Of a stretch of DNA of 64,000 bases, positions 1-9,556 are shown one piece after another. The DNA lies in IMG/VR virus record IMGVR_UViG_3300030202_002298, positions 1 through 64,000 of that record; one strand, written 5' to 3'. Within the stretch, counting starts at the first letter, position 1, and the number at the start of each line of letters is the position of its first letter. Source of the stretch: an uncultured virus (IMG/VR IMGVR_UViG_3300030202_002298) (lineage: Duplodnaviria > Heunggongvirae > Uroviricota > Caudoviricetes). The position numbers and the translations under genes are program-made. Below the pieces are notes generated by a model, which was not told where the DNA came from, ran no database searches, and worked only from the letters and a program-made list of their open reading frames with translations.

Positions 1-3000
1 TAGTATATCTTTTAAAGCATTGTTAGTTGCTATGATCCTTTGTGCTTCCATTCGTACAACGGCAAGATCAACTTGGTCATACATATCACGATCAGGAGCG
101 AACATTACTTTAGTGAAAAGAAGATTATGCTCTACTGCTTCAGGTGAATCACCGACAACCTCCTTATACTGTACAGTCTTATTGTTTAAGCTATGAACAG
201 AATCAATTAAGGAATCAGAGTCAACCATCTCCATTGAACTCATCCTCTCACTGACACTGTACTTGTATCCTGAAATCCAGCTTATGTATTTAGGTGCATG
301 ATTACCCGTTAGCATTGCCTCCACTTGGATTCTGAAATAGTCCATTGCAACCTGACCTTCATTCCCGATCATGCGGTGGTAGGCTTGCTTGACTGCTAAG
401 AATAAATCCTTGAAGAACTTTACTATCTTAGTTGCGATATTATTGGCAGTGGTAGGGTCGAACTCATTATTGATTAATGCTTCTGCTAATGCTTCAACAA
501 GTCTTTCTTCCTGTACTGTTTCTTCTGCAACTTCTGCATCAGTTTCGTACTTATACTTACGACCTGGAATCCTTAGTGTGACATCTTTTAATTGAGAGAT
601 CGCCTTAAGTACTCTTGCTCTGTCTCCTTCTAGTAAATCGTTTGTTGCTGCGTGTCCTATCTCATGTAGAAGATCATACAGGTTCTCTACTGTAGGGCTT
701 TCCATAGCGTTCATTGCCAGCACTATGAAAGGTTTACCATTAGCAACACCGAACATCGCCCTTGATTTACTCTCAGCGTTGGCAAATTCCTTCTCGGTAA
801 TCTCTACCTGCACACCAAGGGACTTCATCCTCTCTATAAGGAAGGTGAATATCCTATTTAACTTGGCTTGCGGAACTCTAGGGTATGCATTAGCTGGACG
901 ATCAGGTGCATTCTTATTTGTAGACTGCTGATCTCCCTCAACTAATTCGTCTGTTTCTCGCTGTTCTTTTTCATAAGCTTGGTTGCTTCTTCTTTGTAGG
1001 CTTTCCGCAATTTCTTGAATAGCATTGTCGTTAACAACTCCCTCGATAAAGGCTTCTCTTGTTTGTCCATATTCTTTGAATCCATTTTTTATTCTTTTTT
1101 CTATTAGTTCTGAAAATTTAATTAACTCTTCGCTGGTAACACCAAGTCCTTTAAGTTGATTCCATAAAGCCTCATTAGCTTCTTGTATGTTATCAATGGC
1201 ATCTTCAATAACCTGTTCAGCAGTTAACCCAGAATCCTCCTGCATTCCTACGTCTATAAGGTCATAGATAAATCCTGCTGATTCCTCTGTGAAATACGCT
1301 GCATCCCTTAGATCTGTAACCTCTTTCGCTGGTGCATTTTCAATAAGCTCTTGTGATATAGTCTTACCTATCTCTGGATCTTCTGCTGAATCAACAACAT
1401 CACCACCTGCTCCTCTTGTTACTTCTAGTGTGTCAATTAGGTTTTCTATACTGATCTTACTTGCAGCCTTAAGTGACCCAGCTTGTTTCAGGTATGCAGG
1501 TGTATTGACAACTTGTAGTTTTGTTTCATTAACAAGATCTTTAAATTCCGAGACACTACCTACTTGGTAATTAAATTTTTGTGCAGCTAACTTGAATCTG
1601 ATTGCTGCAAACGGAACAAAGCCTGACTTTAATATCTCTGAAAATTCTAATCCTTGATAAGATGGATCATTTGAATCAGTTAAAGGCGGAGTAACCATCC
1701 ATTTTAAATTGCCTTTACCTCCTCTATGCAATCCTAATACCCAAACTTTTCCATCTGGTGCTTTGAATACTATCTGTCTTCTTGTTCCAGAGGATGTAAG
1801 TTTATCAAAAGAACCTCTGGACAAAACGGTAGCAAGTTCGTTTGCAATCTTATCTTGTTCGGCTTCTGATCCTGCTTCGCTATATTTTTCTAGAATAAAT
1901 GTTGCTTGATTAGAAAATTCAGTTGTGGTGGTTTCTCCTTGGCCAAGTTCACCAAACTCATAATAAGCAGGGCCAGCTTTAACTACGTTGTCTTTATTGC
2001 TAACATCAACATCTATATTCGCAATGCTTAAAGGATTGTTTTCATCCGCATCTCTTGATGCAAGTTCAGCTTCAGCCTTCCTACTTGCTGCTGCTGTATA
2101 ATCATCTAAAACTTTTTTTGTTGCTGCTCCTTGAGGTGTGCTAAGTGTCGCTTCACCTGACTCTACTTCCTCTGCTGTAAACCCTTTTACCTTTGTTTCA
2201 ATTTGAAGTATCGTGTCATCAATTTTTTTAATCTTAGCATCAATCTCAGCTAATGCTTTTTTATGGCCATCTATAAATTTCTGTTTTGGTTTTTCTTGAT
2301 TCTCTTCATCAACAAGTTTTTCTTTTCGTTCTATTCTTTTAGTCCTAAGAGTTTCCTTTTGTGTTTGAAGCCTACGAACTTCACCTAAATTAGACTTAAC
2401 ATTAAGTAACTTGTTTGAATCTTCAGGTGACTGCTCAACTTGCTGCTCGATAACACCAATCTTCTTTTCATTTGTCTCTATACTTTTATTAGCTTTTTCA
2501 ATTACTTGCTGACCTCCTAAGCGGATGGAATTTCTAGCGTTAGCATCATTGTTCTCCGCAGTGCTAAGAGTAGTTTCTTTAGATTTTTCAATTTCCTCTA
2601 TTTGTTTATTTAGAACTTCAATCTCAGTCTCGACTTCCACCATCTTACCAAGCAACTCATCAGTAGGTTCTCCTTTTCCTTCAGCAGCTACAGCTTTCTT
2701 AGTTAAATTAGAAAGAACTAACTGTTTACCAGCTCTCTTCTTTTTAAGACCCCCAGCCGTAGGGAGTATTGCACTTGGTCGTTCCCTTTCCTTAGCAGGT
2801 TGATCCTCCGCTTCTCGTTGCTGTAATGCTGAATATCTTAACTCAATAGGAGAGACATTTGTTCCAACGGCAGTTTCTCTTGCTCTAGCTCTAAAGTCTA
2901 ATGAAGGGTCAGGTGTTTGTTCTATCTCTTGGGGTACTTCCTCTACGACTTCCTCTGCGGGGGCTTCTGTTTCTTCCCCCTCTATTAATGGAACTCCTAG

Positions 3001-4590
3001 TGTTTTAGATAATTGAGATAGTGACGCTCCACCACCTTTACGACCTACAATCTTTTCTGGTTTTTCGACAGCAAGACCTGGAACTGTTTGATCTATTGTT
3101 TTCTCTTCGATTGCAACAGGAGCAAATGGGTCAGCTAAATTCGCTTTAAGTGTGACACTACCCTTCTCTGCTGACTGACGGTGCATCGCTTTAAACAACG
3201 AAGTCCTGTAAACCACATCAGCATTAGGATTACCTGCTACAAGTTTATCGTACTCACTTCTTATCTCGTCACCTTCTTTAGCTCTCAATGAAAGCTCATC
3301 TGCGTTCCTAGGTGTAGCTGAGAGATTATCAACAGTTCTTCTTACTAAATTCTCTATAGCCTCAAGAGTTTTTGGATCATCCTTATATGCTTCTCTGGCT
3401 ACATCGGCTGTAGTTGTAAATAGTTCTTCAACTCTAGGATCTATGTTCCCTTCATCATCAACGTCAGCACCAGTAGTACCCATTGGTTTTTCAGATGAAT
3501 CTAACCTAGACACCTTTCGGTTTATGGCAGATGCAATTAAAGAAAGGACTGCACCTGATACACCACCTGCGGCTGCATCTTCACCTAAGTCTTTAAAGAG
3601 TTCCCTGTCTGGATCGTACTGGACAATATTAGCTGCAATTATATCTCCTGCTGCACCTTGAAACGCTTCCTGTAATGCTTCCTCAAATGTTTCAACAGCG
3701 GCGTTACCAAGGAAATACATGAGCGTACCTCCACTAGCTGTGTCTAATCTGTTAAGCATCCTAGCTAAAGGTATAGCTTCAGATGTACCAACAATGCCGT
3801 TAAGAATATATGATGCTACTGCTTGATCTGGTGTTGCACCATTAGCTAAAGCATCTCTGTATCCACCAGCAGCATTAGCGGCAGCACCTAGCCCTGCAAT
3901 AGTTCCAGTGTTAGCCCTCTGTGCAGCTTCCTTAGCATATTTCTGTGCAGCTTCTACACCCTTGTCCCTAGCCATGTGCTGAACACCAGCTTGAGTCCAA
4001 GGATTAATAGGTGTTTTTTCTAGAGCAGACTTAGCTGTTGATTCCGCAATTCCTCTAGCTTTCTTTTCAACACCTCCTCTTAAAAATGATTGGACTAATT
4101 TACCTGTCGGCCCACCCATACCAATGAAACCAACACCAGAACCTAACGCACCGGGAGCCTTGGTTAACCAGAAGCTATCAGCCATTCTTTCAGCTTTACC
4201 CACTGGAACTTCTGGAGATACATAATCCCCTGCACCCCTAATGCCACCAGCAATCTGGCCCATGTAGGTTTCTCTAAAGTCTCTCTCTCCTATACCAAGT
4301 CTACCCAGAGTCTCAGATTGAAGTATGCCTATCGACTCAGGTATTGATCCTATCGTCCCAGCGACCCCGCCAATCAAAGACTTACCAGCTTGTGCTGCCT
4401 TGTCTCCTGCTGTTAAAGGGAATGCACGATCGTAGATAGCACTATAATCTGCGGCGAAATCAGGGTACGTCTGAAGAAGACTAGGTAGTTCGTCGGAATA
4501 CTGCTCCGCATAATGGAGCGTTATATCTTCGTCAGTAAGTTGTGTGCCAGGATTTTCACTACGATAATGGTCTACTATCTGATTGGGCAT
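1..4590 (-). CDS. Giant internal virion/ejection (polyvalent-type) protein, >1530 aa, runs off the left edge; contains a zincin HExxH motif
   Basis: Not in the ORF track because there is no stop in the window. ATG at 4590 (MPNQIVDHYRSENP...); frame spot-checked as open. Gly/Ala-rich helical N-terminus, coiled coils, and LLHEIGH at ~672-652 followed by EERLVEALAE. Confidence 0.8.
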   Translation of the reverse strand, partial: MPNQIVDHYRSENPGTQLTDEDITLHYAEQYSDELPSLLQTYPDFAADYSAIYDRAFPLTAGDKAAQAGKSLIGGVAGTIGSIPESIGILQSETLGRLGIGERDFRETYMGQIAGGIRGAGDYVSPEVPVGKAERMADSFWLTKAPGALGSGVGFIGMGGPTGKLVQSFLRGGVEKKARGIAESTAKSALEKTPINPWTQAGVQHMARDKGVEAAQKYAKEAAQRANTGTIAGLGAAANAAGGYRDALANGATPDQAVASYILNGIVGTSEAIPLARMLNRLDTASGGTLMYFLGNAAVETFEEALQEAFQGAAGDIIAANIVQYDPDRELFKDLGEDAAAGGVSGAVLSLIASAINRKVSRLDSSEKPMGTTGADVDDEGNIDPRVEELFTTTADVAREAYKDDPKTLEAIENLVRRTVDNLSATPRNADELSLRAKEGDEIRSEYDKLVAGNPNADVVYRTSLFKAMHRQSAEKGSVTLKANLADPFAPVAIEEKTIDQTVPGLAVEKPEKIVGRKGGGASLSQLSKTLGVPLIEGEETEAPAEEVVEEVPQEIEQTPDPSLDFRARARETAVGTNVSPIELRYSALQQREAEDQPAKERERPSAILPTAGGLKKKRAGKQLVLSNLTKKAVAAEGKGEPTDELLGKMVEVETEIEVLNKQIEEIEKSKETTLSTAENNDANARNSIRLGGQQVIEKANKSIETNEKKIGVIEQQVEQSPEDSNKLLNVKSNLGEVRRLQTQKETLRTKRIERKEKLVDEENQEKPKQKFIDGHKKALAEIDAKIKKIDDTILQIETKVKGFTAEEVESGEATLSTPQGAATKKVLDDYTAAASRKAEAELASRDADENNPLSIANIDVDVSNKDNVVKAGPAYYEFGELGQGETTTTEFSNQATFILEKYSEAGSEAEQDKIANELATVLSRGSFDKLTSSGTRRQIVFKAPDGKVWVLGLHRGGKGNLKWMVTPPLTDSNDPSYQGLEFSEILKSGFVPFAAIRFKLAAQKFNYQVGSVSEFKDLVNETKLQVVNTPAYLKQAGSLKAASKISIENLIDTLEVTRGAGGDVVDSAEDPEIGKTISQELIENAPAKEVTDLRDAAYFTEESAGFIYDLIDVGMQEDSGLTAEQVIEDAIDNIQEANEALWNQLKGLGVTSEELIKFSELIEKRIKNGFKEYGQTREAFIEGVVNDNAIQEIAESLQRRSNQAYEKEQRETDELVEGDQQSTNKNAPDRPANAYPRVPQAKLNRIFTFLIERMKSLGVQVEITEKEFANAESKSRAMFGVANGKPFIVLAMNAMESPTVENLYDLLHEIGHAATNDLLEGDRARVLKAISQLKDVTLRIPGRKYKYETDAEVAEETVQEERLVEALAEALINNEFDPTTANNIATKIVKFFKDLFLAVKQAYHRMIGNEGQVAMDYFRIQVEAMLTGNHAPKYISWISGYKYSVSERMSSMEMVDSDSLIDSVHSLNNKTVQYKEVVGDSPEAVEHNLLFTKVMFAPDRDMYDQVDLAVVRMEAQRIIATNNALKDIL

Positions 4591-4603
4591 GGTATTACTA
4601 AAT

Positions 4604-4613
4604 TTAGTGTCAC
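4604..4613 (-). promoter_or_regulatory. Conserved motif copy 1 (GTGACACTAA on minus strand)
   Basis: Exact TTAGTGTCAC on +; intergenic, 14 nt upstream of ATG 4590. Confidence 0.7.
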
Positions 4614-4614
4614 T

Positions 4615-6435
4615 TTATTGTTTCGAGCCTTGTCCTAATGGGAGCTTTTGCCCTGCCTGTCCTTCTATGGCTTTTCTTAACGTGCTAAGTTGAATACCTA
4701 TATCGTCATACTGTTTAAATAACTGAGGTATCTCAGATTGGTCTGCCTGTAATTGATCTGCACTTTTTCTAATTGTCTTAAGTAACCCTACATCTGAAGG
4801 AGTGCCAATTGGTGCGCCTATGGGACTTGATCCCGTCATAAATTCAGATATAGATATTCCGTCTTCACTTCTAGACCCTCCTCTATTCATCAATTCCCTC
4901 CCTGTATCTTGTTGTTTTTGTTCTAAAAATCTTATTGCCTGATTTACTCTGCCTTGAGGAGAATTATCACCTAACCCTAAGACATTCCCTAATCCTTCTC
5001 TTGCAAATCTACCCATCAAGTTTGCTTCACCTAATACTTTATTTGCTATTTGAAGAGCTGATTCCCCTCCTTGTGGAGCTGTCATTAACTTACCTGAAGC
5101 CCCTTCCACTTTTACATCAGAAGGAAGTGGTGCAGTTGCTCTAGGTGTAGGAGATGGTGTTACAGATGTTTGATCGACACCTAATGCTGCTGGCCTTTGC
5201 CCCGGAAGAGATGGGCGTTTTGGTGTTGGTGTTGATGTTGGTGAAGTTTGACTTGGTAATGGAGTATTATTAATCTGCTCCATGTCAGACAATGCATCTA
5301 TAGCTAAAAGTGACTGCCATCCTTCGGGCAATCCAGCTTTCATAGCTTTGTTCTCTTTAATTAATTCAGGGAGTATTCTAGTGAAAGCGTCTCTAGCATT
5401 TCCAAAGTCTTTAATCTTTGCCTCTTCCCTAAGAAAGTTCAGTGCCTCTTGTTTTTCTGCTCCGGTAGCACCTCTTAATTTTCCTGTTTTATCAGGCACT
5501 TGAAAATCAAAAGCCTTACCCTCAAGCATTGCTCTAGCTTCTATTTTCGCTTGCCCATACATTGAGATTAGCTCAAGTCCTTCTTGAGTAGTTATATTAC
5601 TAACACCTTCTGGAGTGTTGTGATCTCCGAGTCGATAGATGTACGCATCTGGATTCAGAAGAAATGTTTTTTGTTTCTCCTCTGTATCAAGTATCTTTTT
5701 AAATTCTGGTTTATTTTTTAATATAGAATAAGCAGCACCATGACTAATCTTTGCTGATTTATTTCCAGCGGATATTGAAGAGATGGCAGGTGTTAGGAAT
5801 TTATTCACCATCTTCAGGATCTGGGCATCATTTCTTTTTATTTGATCTTGTACCTTTTTGTATCTTGGATTATTACGAATTACATTACTTGCGTCTCTAG
5901 TTTTAATAACATTAAGAAGTGGTTCTATCTTTGCCTTTATCGCTAAGGCTTTATTGGGAGTTAGACTCTGTAACTCTTCCGGTGACATTGCTTTTATTCT
6001 AGATAACTCTGCGGCATCAGCTTCATTCAGACCTTTTAGATCCAGCTTGTCTATATTACCTAACGCTTTTTCTGTTACAAAGAACTGTGTAGCTGGAAGG
6101 TTAGCTTTAAAGTTTCCTAGCTCTGCGTTTAATTCAAATATGTTTTTGTTTTTAAATGGAATTCCATATTGTGCAGCTTCTCTTTTAGCGTTAAATAAAT
6201 TCGTGTAGTCAGTAAGTTTAGTCTCTAGATCGAAACGTAATGAATTCGCTTTTTCCAATGCCCTTGTGCTTCGAGACTCTGCACGTTGTTCTGCCCTAAT
6301 AGCTTCAGCTTCATTAAGTTGTCGGGTTCTTAAATTCTCTTCTCTATCTAGTCTTCGTTTGCGTAGGTCATCATCATGGTCATCGCCCATAGTGCCTAGC
6401 CCCATCATAATACTGTACGGATCGTTAGTAGCCAT
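4615..6435 (-). CDS. Putative internal virion (ejection) protein
   Basis: 606-aa helical/coiled-coil ORF between the tail genes and the giant virion protein; assigned by position. Confidence 0.55.
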   Translation of the reverse strand: MATNDPYSIMMGLGTMGDDHDDDLRKRRLDREENLRTRQLNEAEAIRAEQRAESRSTRALEKANSLRFDLETKLTDYTNLFNAKREAAQYGIPFKNKNIFELNAELGNFKANLPATQFFVTEKALGNIDKLDLKGLNEADAAELSRIKAMSPEELQSLTPNKALAIKAKIEPLLNVIKTRDASNVIRNNPRYKKVQDQIKRNDAQILKMVNKFLTPAISSISAGNKSAKISHGAAYSILKNKPEFKKILDTEEKQKTFLLNPDAYIYRLGDHNTPEGVSNITTQEGLELISMYGQAKIEARAMLEGKAFDFQVPDKTGKLRGATGAEKQEALNFLREEAKIKDFGNARDAFTRILPELIKENKAMKAGLPEGWQSLLAIDALSDMEQINNTPLPSQTSPTSTPTPKRPSLPGQRPAALGVDQTSVTPSPTPRATAPLPSDVKVEGASGKLMTAPQGGESALQIANKVLGEANLMGRFAREGLGNVLGLGDNSPQGRVNQAIRFLEQKQQDTGRELMNRGGSRSEDGISISEFMTGSSPIGAPIGTPSDVGLLKTIRKSADQLQADQSEIPQLFKQYDDIGIQLSTLRKAIEGQAGQKLPLGQGSKQ

Positions 6436-7424
6436 TATTTAAGTTCCTTATTAACTTGTTGTAATTCGTTGTTAACTTTTGCTTCCTTATTTCTAAGGTT
6501 AATTTCTTTTAATTTAGGTAATAGATTAGCGTTATAAAGTTTCAATGCTTCTGGCCCCATAACATACGGAGCTAGATCTGGATCTGTTGTTATATCTAAA
6601 TACTGACCAATGTTAGCTATGTAAACTACAGGTGGGTATGGTTCATTAACGGAATCTAATCTATCAAACTCGGCTGATGCTTGTTCTGCTGTTTCAAACC
6701 TAGCAGGGAGAAGCATTCTATCTGTCGGAATATTATCTATAGTCATAGCTCCAATGTTTGAAAGCTCATCATTGCTTAAGATTAAATTCTCATAACTTTC
6801 AACAGGAGCAGTAACAGGAGCAGTAACAGGAGCAGTAACAGGAGCAGTAACAGGAGCAGTAACAGGAGCAGTAACAGGAGTAGGCATACCGCTTGGTTTA
6901 ACCTGATCTGTGTTCGTGTTAATCTGAGGCATCATCATCTTTACAGCTTTGTTCATCTCTTTAAGAACGTCAGTTAACTCAGAAGCTTTCTTCTCGTTAC
7001 TTTGTTGTGCTGGTGAAGGGGTGGGAACAGGAACTTCAGATGGAAGTGGGCCTTCTCCAGTTCTTCTATCAAAAACTTCTTTTGCAGCGTTAAGGTCTTG
7101 CTCGATTAAAGAATCCATTTCCTCAATCTCTTTAAGCTTTTTATATTCAGGATCGCTTTCTAGATTAGTTTGATAGTTCTTTGCAAAGTCTTGTGCAGCT
7201 ACAATAGGAGCAACAACAGCGGGAGCGGTAGACATTGGAGGAGCAGGTAGTTTAGCTTCATAATTTTTAGCCCTAGGATCTACATACCCAGCCTCAAATA
7301 CTTCTGGCCCTTCAGCTAATGAAGCAAGCTCAGGATTGTAAGAGATATTATCCTCACCTTTTCGGGATTTCCTTCTTGCGGCAAGCTCACCCAACCATGC
7401 CATGTGTCCTTTTTTAAAAGCCAT
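6435..7424 (-). CDS. Hypothetical virion-module protein with PVTA repeats
   Basis: 329-aa Pro-rich ORF, tightly packed with its neighbours. Confidence 0.6.
   Translation of the reverse strand: MAFKKGHMAWLGELAARRKSRKGEDNISYNPELASLAEGPEVFEAGYVDPRAKNYEAKLPAPPMSTAPAVVAPIVAAQDFAKNYQTNLESDPEYKKLKEIEEMDSLIEQDLNAAKEVFDRRTGEGPLPSEVPVPTPSPAQQSNEKKASELTDVLKEMNKAVKMMMPQINTNTDQVKPSGMPTPVTAPVTAPVTAPVTAPVTAPVTAPVESYENLILSNDELSNIGAMTIDNIPTDRMLLPARFETAEQASAEFDRLDSVNEPYPPVVYIANIGQYLDITTDPDLAPYVMGPEALKLYNANLLPKLKEINLRNKEAKVNNELQQVNKELK
6801..6880. repeat. 12-bp tandem repeat (AACAGGAGCAGT) x6 plus 8 nt
   Basis: Read directly from the sequence; encodes PVTA repeats. Confidence 0.95.
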
Positions 7425-7425
7425 T

Positions 7426-8622
7426 TCAACTTACGCCTGAATAAAAATCTTGATAGATATCTTCCTTTTGACCTGGAAAAATATTCTTAAGTCCATCCGT
7501 TATATCTTGCATACCACCTGTCTGCTTATATGCACCCTTCATTAGATTAGCCATTAACCCTCCCTGCCCTGCGGCTGAAGTGTCAGGTCTAATATTTGTT
7601 AAAGCTGTAGCCATTGGCCCTTGATACCCTCTAATTTTATGTGGTGATAGTATACCTGATCTCATTAACTGTTGTTGTCCAACTTGAGATTGAGGGAACA
7701 CTGAAAAATTAGATGCCATCTGTGCAGTCTGAGTGCCAAGTGACGGGTTCTGTAATTTAATATTCCTTATAGCATCCTTTAACCCTAGCCTTCTTGATTC
7801 TTGCCCTACATTTAAAGCACCTGTTCTGTTTGCCATTCTCTCAGCCGTAGCAAGTTTCATTTGTGCGTCTAATCTTCTTTGACCTAACCCTGTGCTTGCA
7901 GAACCATAGTTAGCTAGGTTTGATGCCCTCATCTGGTTCATTTGATTTGCTCTTTCAGTATCAAACGCATCTTGTACTCCAGCTAATTGATTTAACTCAG
8001 CTTGTTCAACTGCCTCTAGATCTGATAGCTGATCCTGTAACATCTGACCGCTAAATAAATCCTTAACAACCTGACCACCTGCTTGAACTGTTGGATCGTA
8101 CTCTTGCTTGATCGCTTCGGCTCTTGCTTGCATCTCTTCTGGAGTTCCGAATGCATCATAGGCTGCGATTGCATCCCTCCCCATTCTTTCCTCAAAAGGT
8201 TTAACTGCTTCAGGTTCTAGTTGAGCGATTAACTCTTCTCTGTTAAGAACCTGCTTGGCTTTCTTTCTAACTTTAGTCCCACCAAAAAAGCCTGATATAC
8301 CTCCTCGTTTTTTAAGTACAGTATCATATTCAGTTCTGTAAGTAGGGCTAACTCCATATTTATCAGCGACACGAAGCAGTGCCTCATCGCTCATAGAATT
8401 AAGTTGTCCAGGTTTATATTCTCCTTCGCTTAAGTATGTTGCAAAGTTAGCAAACCCAGCATTACCAGCAGCCATTAAGCTCTGAAGCATATTATTATAG
8501 AATGCCATCTGCTGATTCGCTTCGTTCGCAGCTTGAGATACCGTGTTTGCGTTCGCGGCAGATTTCCCCGCTTGGTTTGCCGCATACATTTGCAGCCCCT
8601 TAGATACTAATGCCATTATCAT
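7426..8622 (-). CDS. Putative internal virion/DNA ejection protein
   Basis: 398 aa, rich in Gln/Ala/Gly/Met, as is typical of podovirus core proteins; position. Confidence 0.55.
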   Translation of the reverse strand: MIMALVSKGLQMYAANQAGKSAANANTVSQAANEANQQMAFYNNMLQSLMAAGNAGFANFATYLSEGEYKPGQLNSMSDEALLRVADKYGVSPTYRTEYDTVLKKRGGISGFFGGTKVRKKAKQVLNREELIAQLEPEAVKPFEERMGRDAIAAYDAFGTPEEMQARAEAIKQEYDPTVQAGGQVVKDLFSGQMLQDQLSDLEAVEQAELNQLAGVQDAFDTERANQMNQMRASNLANYGSASTGLGQRRLDAQMKLATAERMANRTGALNVGQESRRLGLKDAIRNIKLQNPSLGTQTAQMASNFSVFPQSQVGQQQLMRSGILSPHKIRGYQGPMATALTNIRPDTSAAGQGGLMANLMKGAYKQTGGMQDITDGLKNIFPGQKEDIYQDFYSGVS

Positions 8623-8623
8623 A

Positions 8624-9556
8624 TTAAATAACTCCGTAAACTTCTATGTAATCCAGTTCAGCTTTGTAATCAGCACTGGCTCCTGTTTTATAAAAGTAAA
8701 TTGTTTCTGTTTCAGGATTATTGCCGCCGAACTCAGCAACAAATGTTTGCCAAGGCGCATACTTAATATCTGTTGTAGCAGTTGCCGCTCCTCCTCCGTA
8801 GGTATTGCTAGGCGGGACTTGCATTTGCATAATGTCGTATGAAGGAGCAACACTGACTGTTCCCTTAAAGAATTGTGCTTTTAGATCTACACCATACCCT
8901 GCAATGATCCTTGCTGTGGCCTTAATTATGATCTTTGAATATGAATTACTAGCCAAAGAATAAGAACCAATTTGAGCGGTGTCTGTATTAGAAGTATGAG
9001 TTGATGAATCAGATTCAACAGTAGCAATTTTAAAAATACCAGGATCAGCGGTAGATATATTACTTAACAAATGAAAGACACTGCTACCTGCGTAAACAAC
9101 TGCAATGATCTGTGTGTTTTGTAAATCACCTGTTGCTAGATTCGCTGTGCCATTCTTTTTAATAATTCCAGAAGTTGTAACACTACCTGTAGTTACATTT
9201 ATAGTAACAGAACCCGTGTTTGTTCCATTAACCTTTATATAGAATACACTTCCTACTGCTGGAGCTGCGGTTAATTCACTTACAGATACAGCAAGAGTAT
9301 TAACATCTGTTGCACTGTCTTCGGCATAGAATAAAGCAGATAACTTATCGTACCCAACTGTTCCCGCTGTTAAAGCACTTCCGTTAACTGTTCCCGCAGC
9401 GGTTTTAATATCACCATCAGCATCGTGGGCTACTAGAAACTTTGTGTGATCTCCTGTGATACCTGTTGCTAGGTTGGTGAGGTTGGCATCCATCTCGGTA
9501 GCCGTGAGAGCGGAACCTTTGACTAATCTTTTAACTAGAGTAATTGAACTTGGCAT
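8624..9556 (-). CDS. Tail fibre/spike-like protein
   Basis: N-terminal KGSALTATEMDANLTNL fibre-anchor-like motif; Thr/Ser/Gly-rich beta content. Confidence 0.6.
   Translation of the reverse strand: MPSSITLVKRLVKGSALTATEMDANLTNLATGITGDHTKFLVAHDADGDIKTAAGTVNGSALTAGTVGYDKLSALFYAEDSATDVNTLAVSVSELTAAPAVGSVFYIKVNGTNTGSVTINVTTGSVTTSGIIKKNGTANLATGDLQNTQIIAVVYAGSSVFHLLSNISTADPGIFKIATVESDSSTHTSNTDTAQIGSYSLASNSYSKIIIKATARIIAGYGVDLKAQFFKGTVSVAPSYDIMQMQVPPSNTYGGGAATATTDIKYAPWQTFVAEFGGNNPETETIYFYKTGASADYKAELDYIEVYGVI

Noticed and set aside
6801..6880. Tandem repeats (also 44066-44125 and the attP repeats) as a CRISPR array
   Set aside because: No unique spacers, units are only 10-12 bp, and there is no cas operon; the Cas4-like gene belongs to the recombination module.
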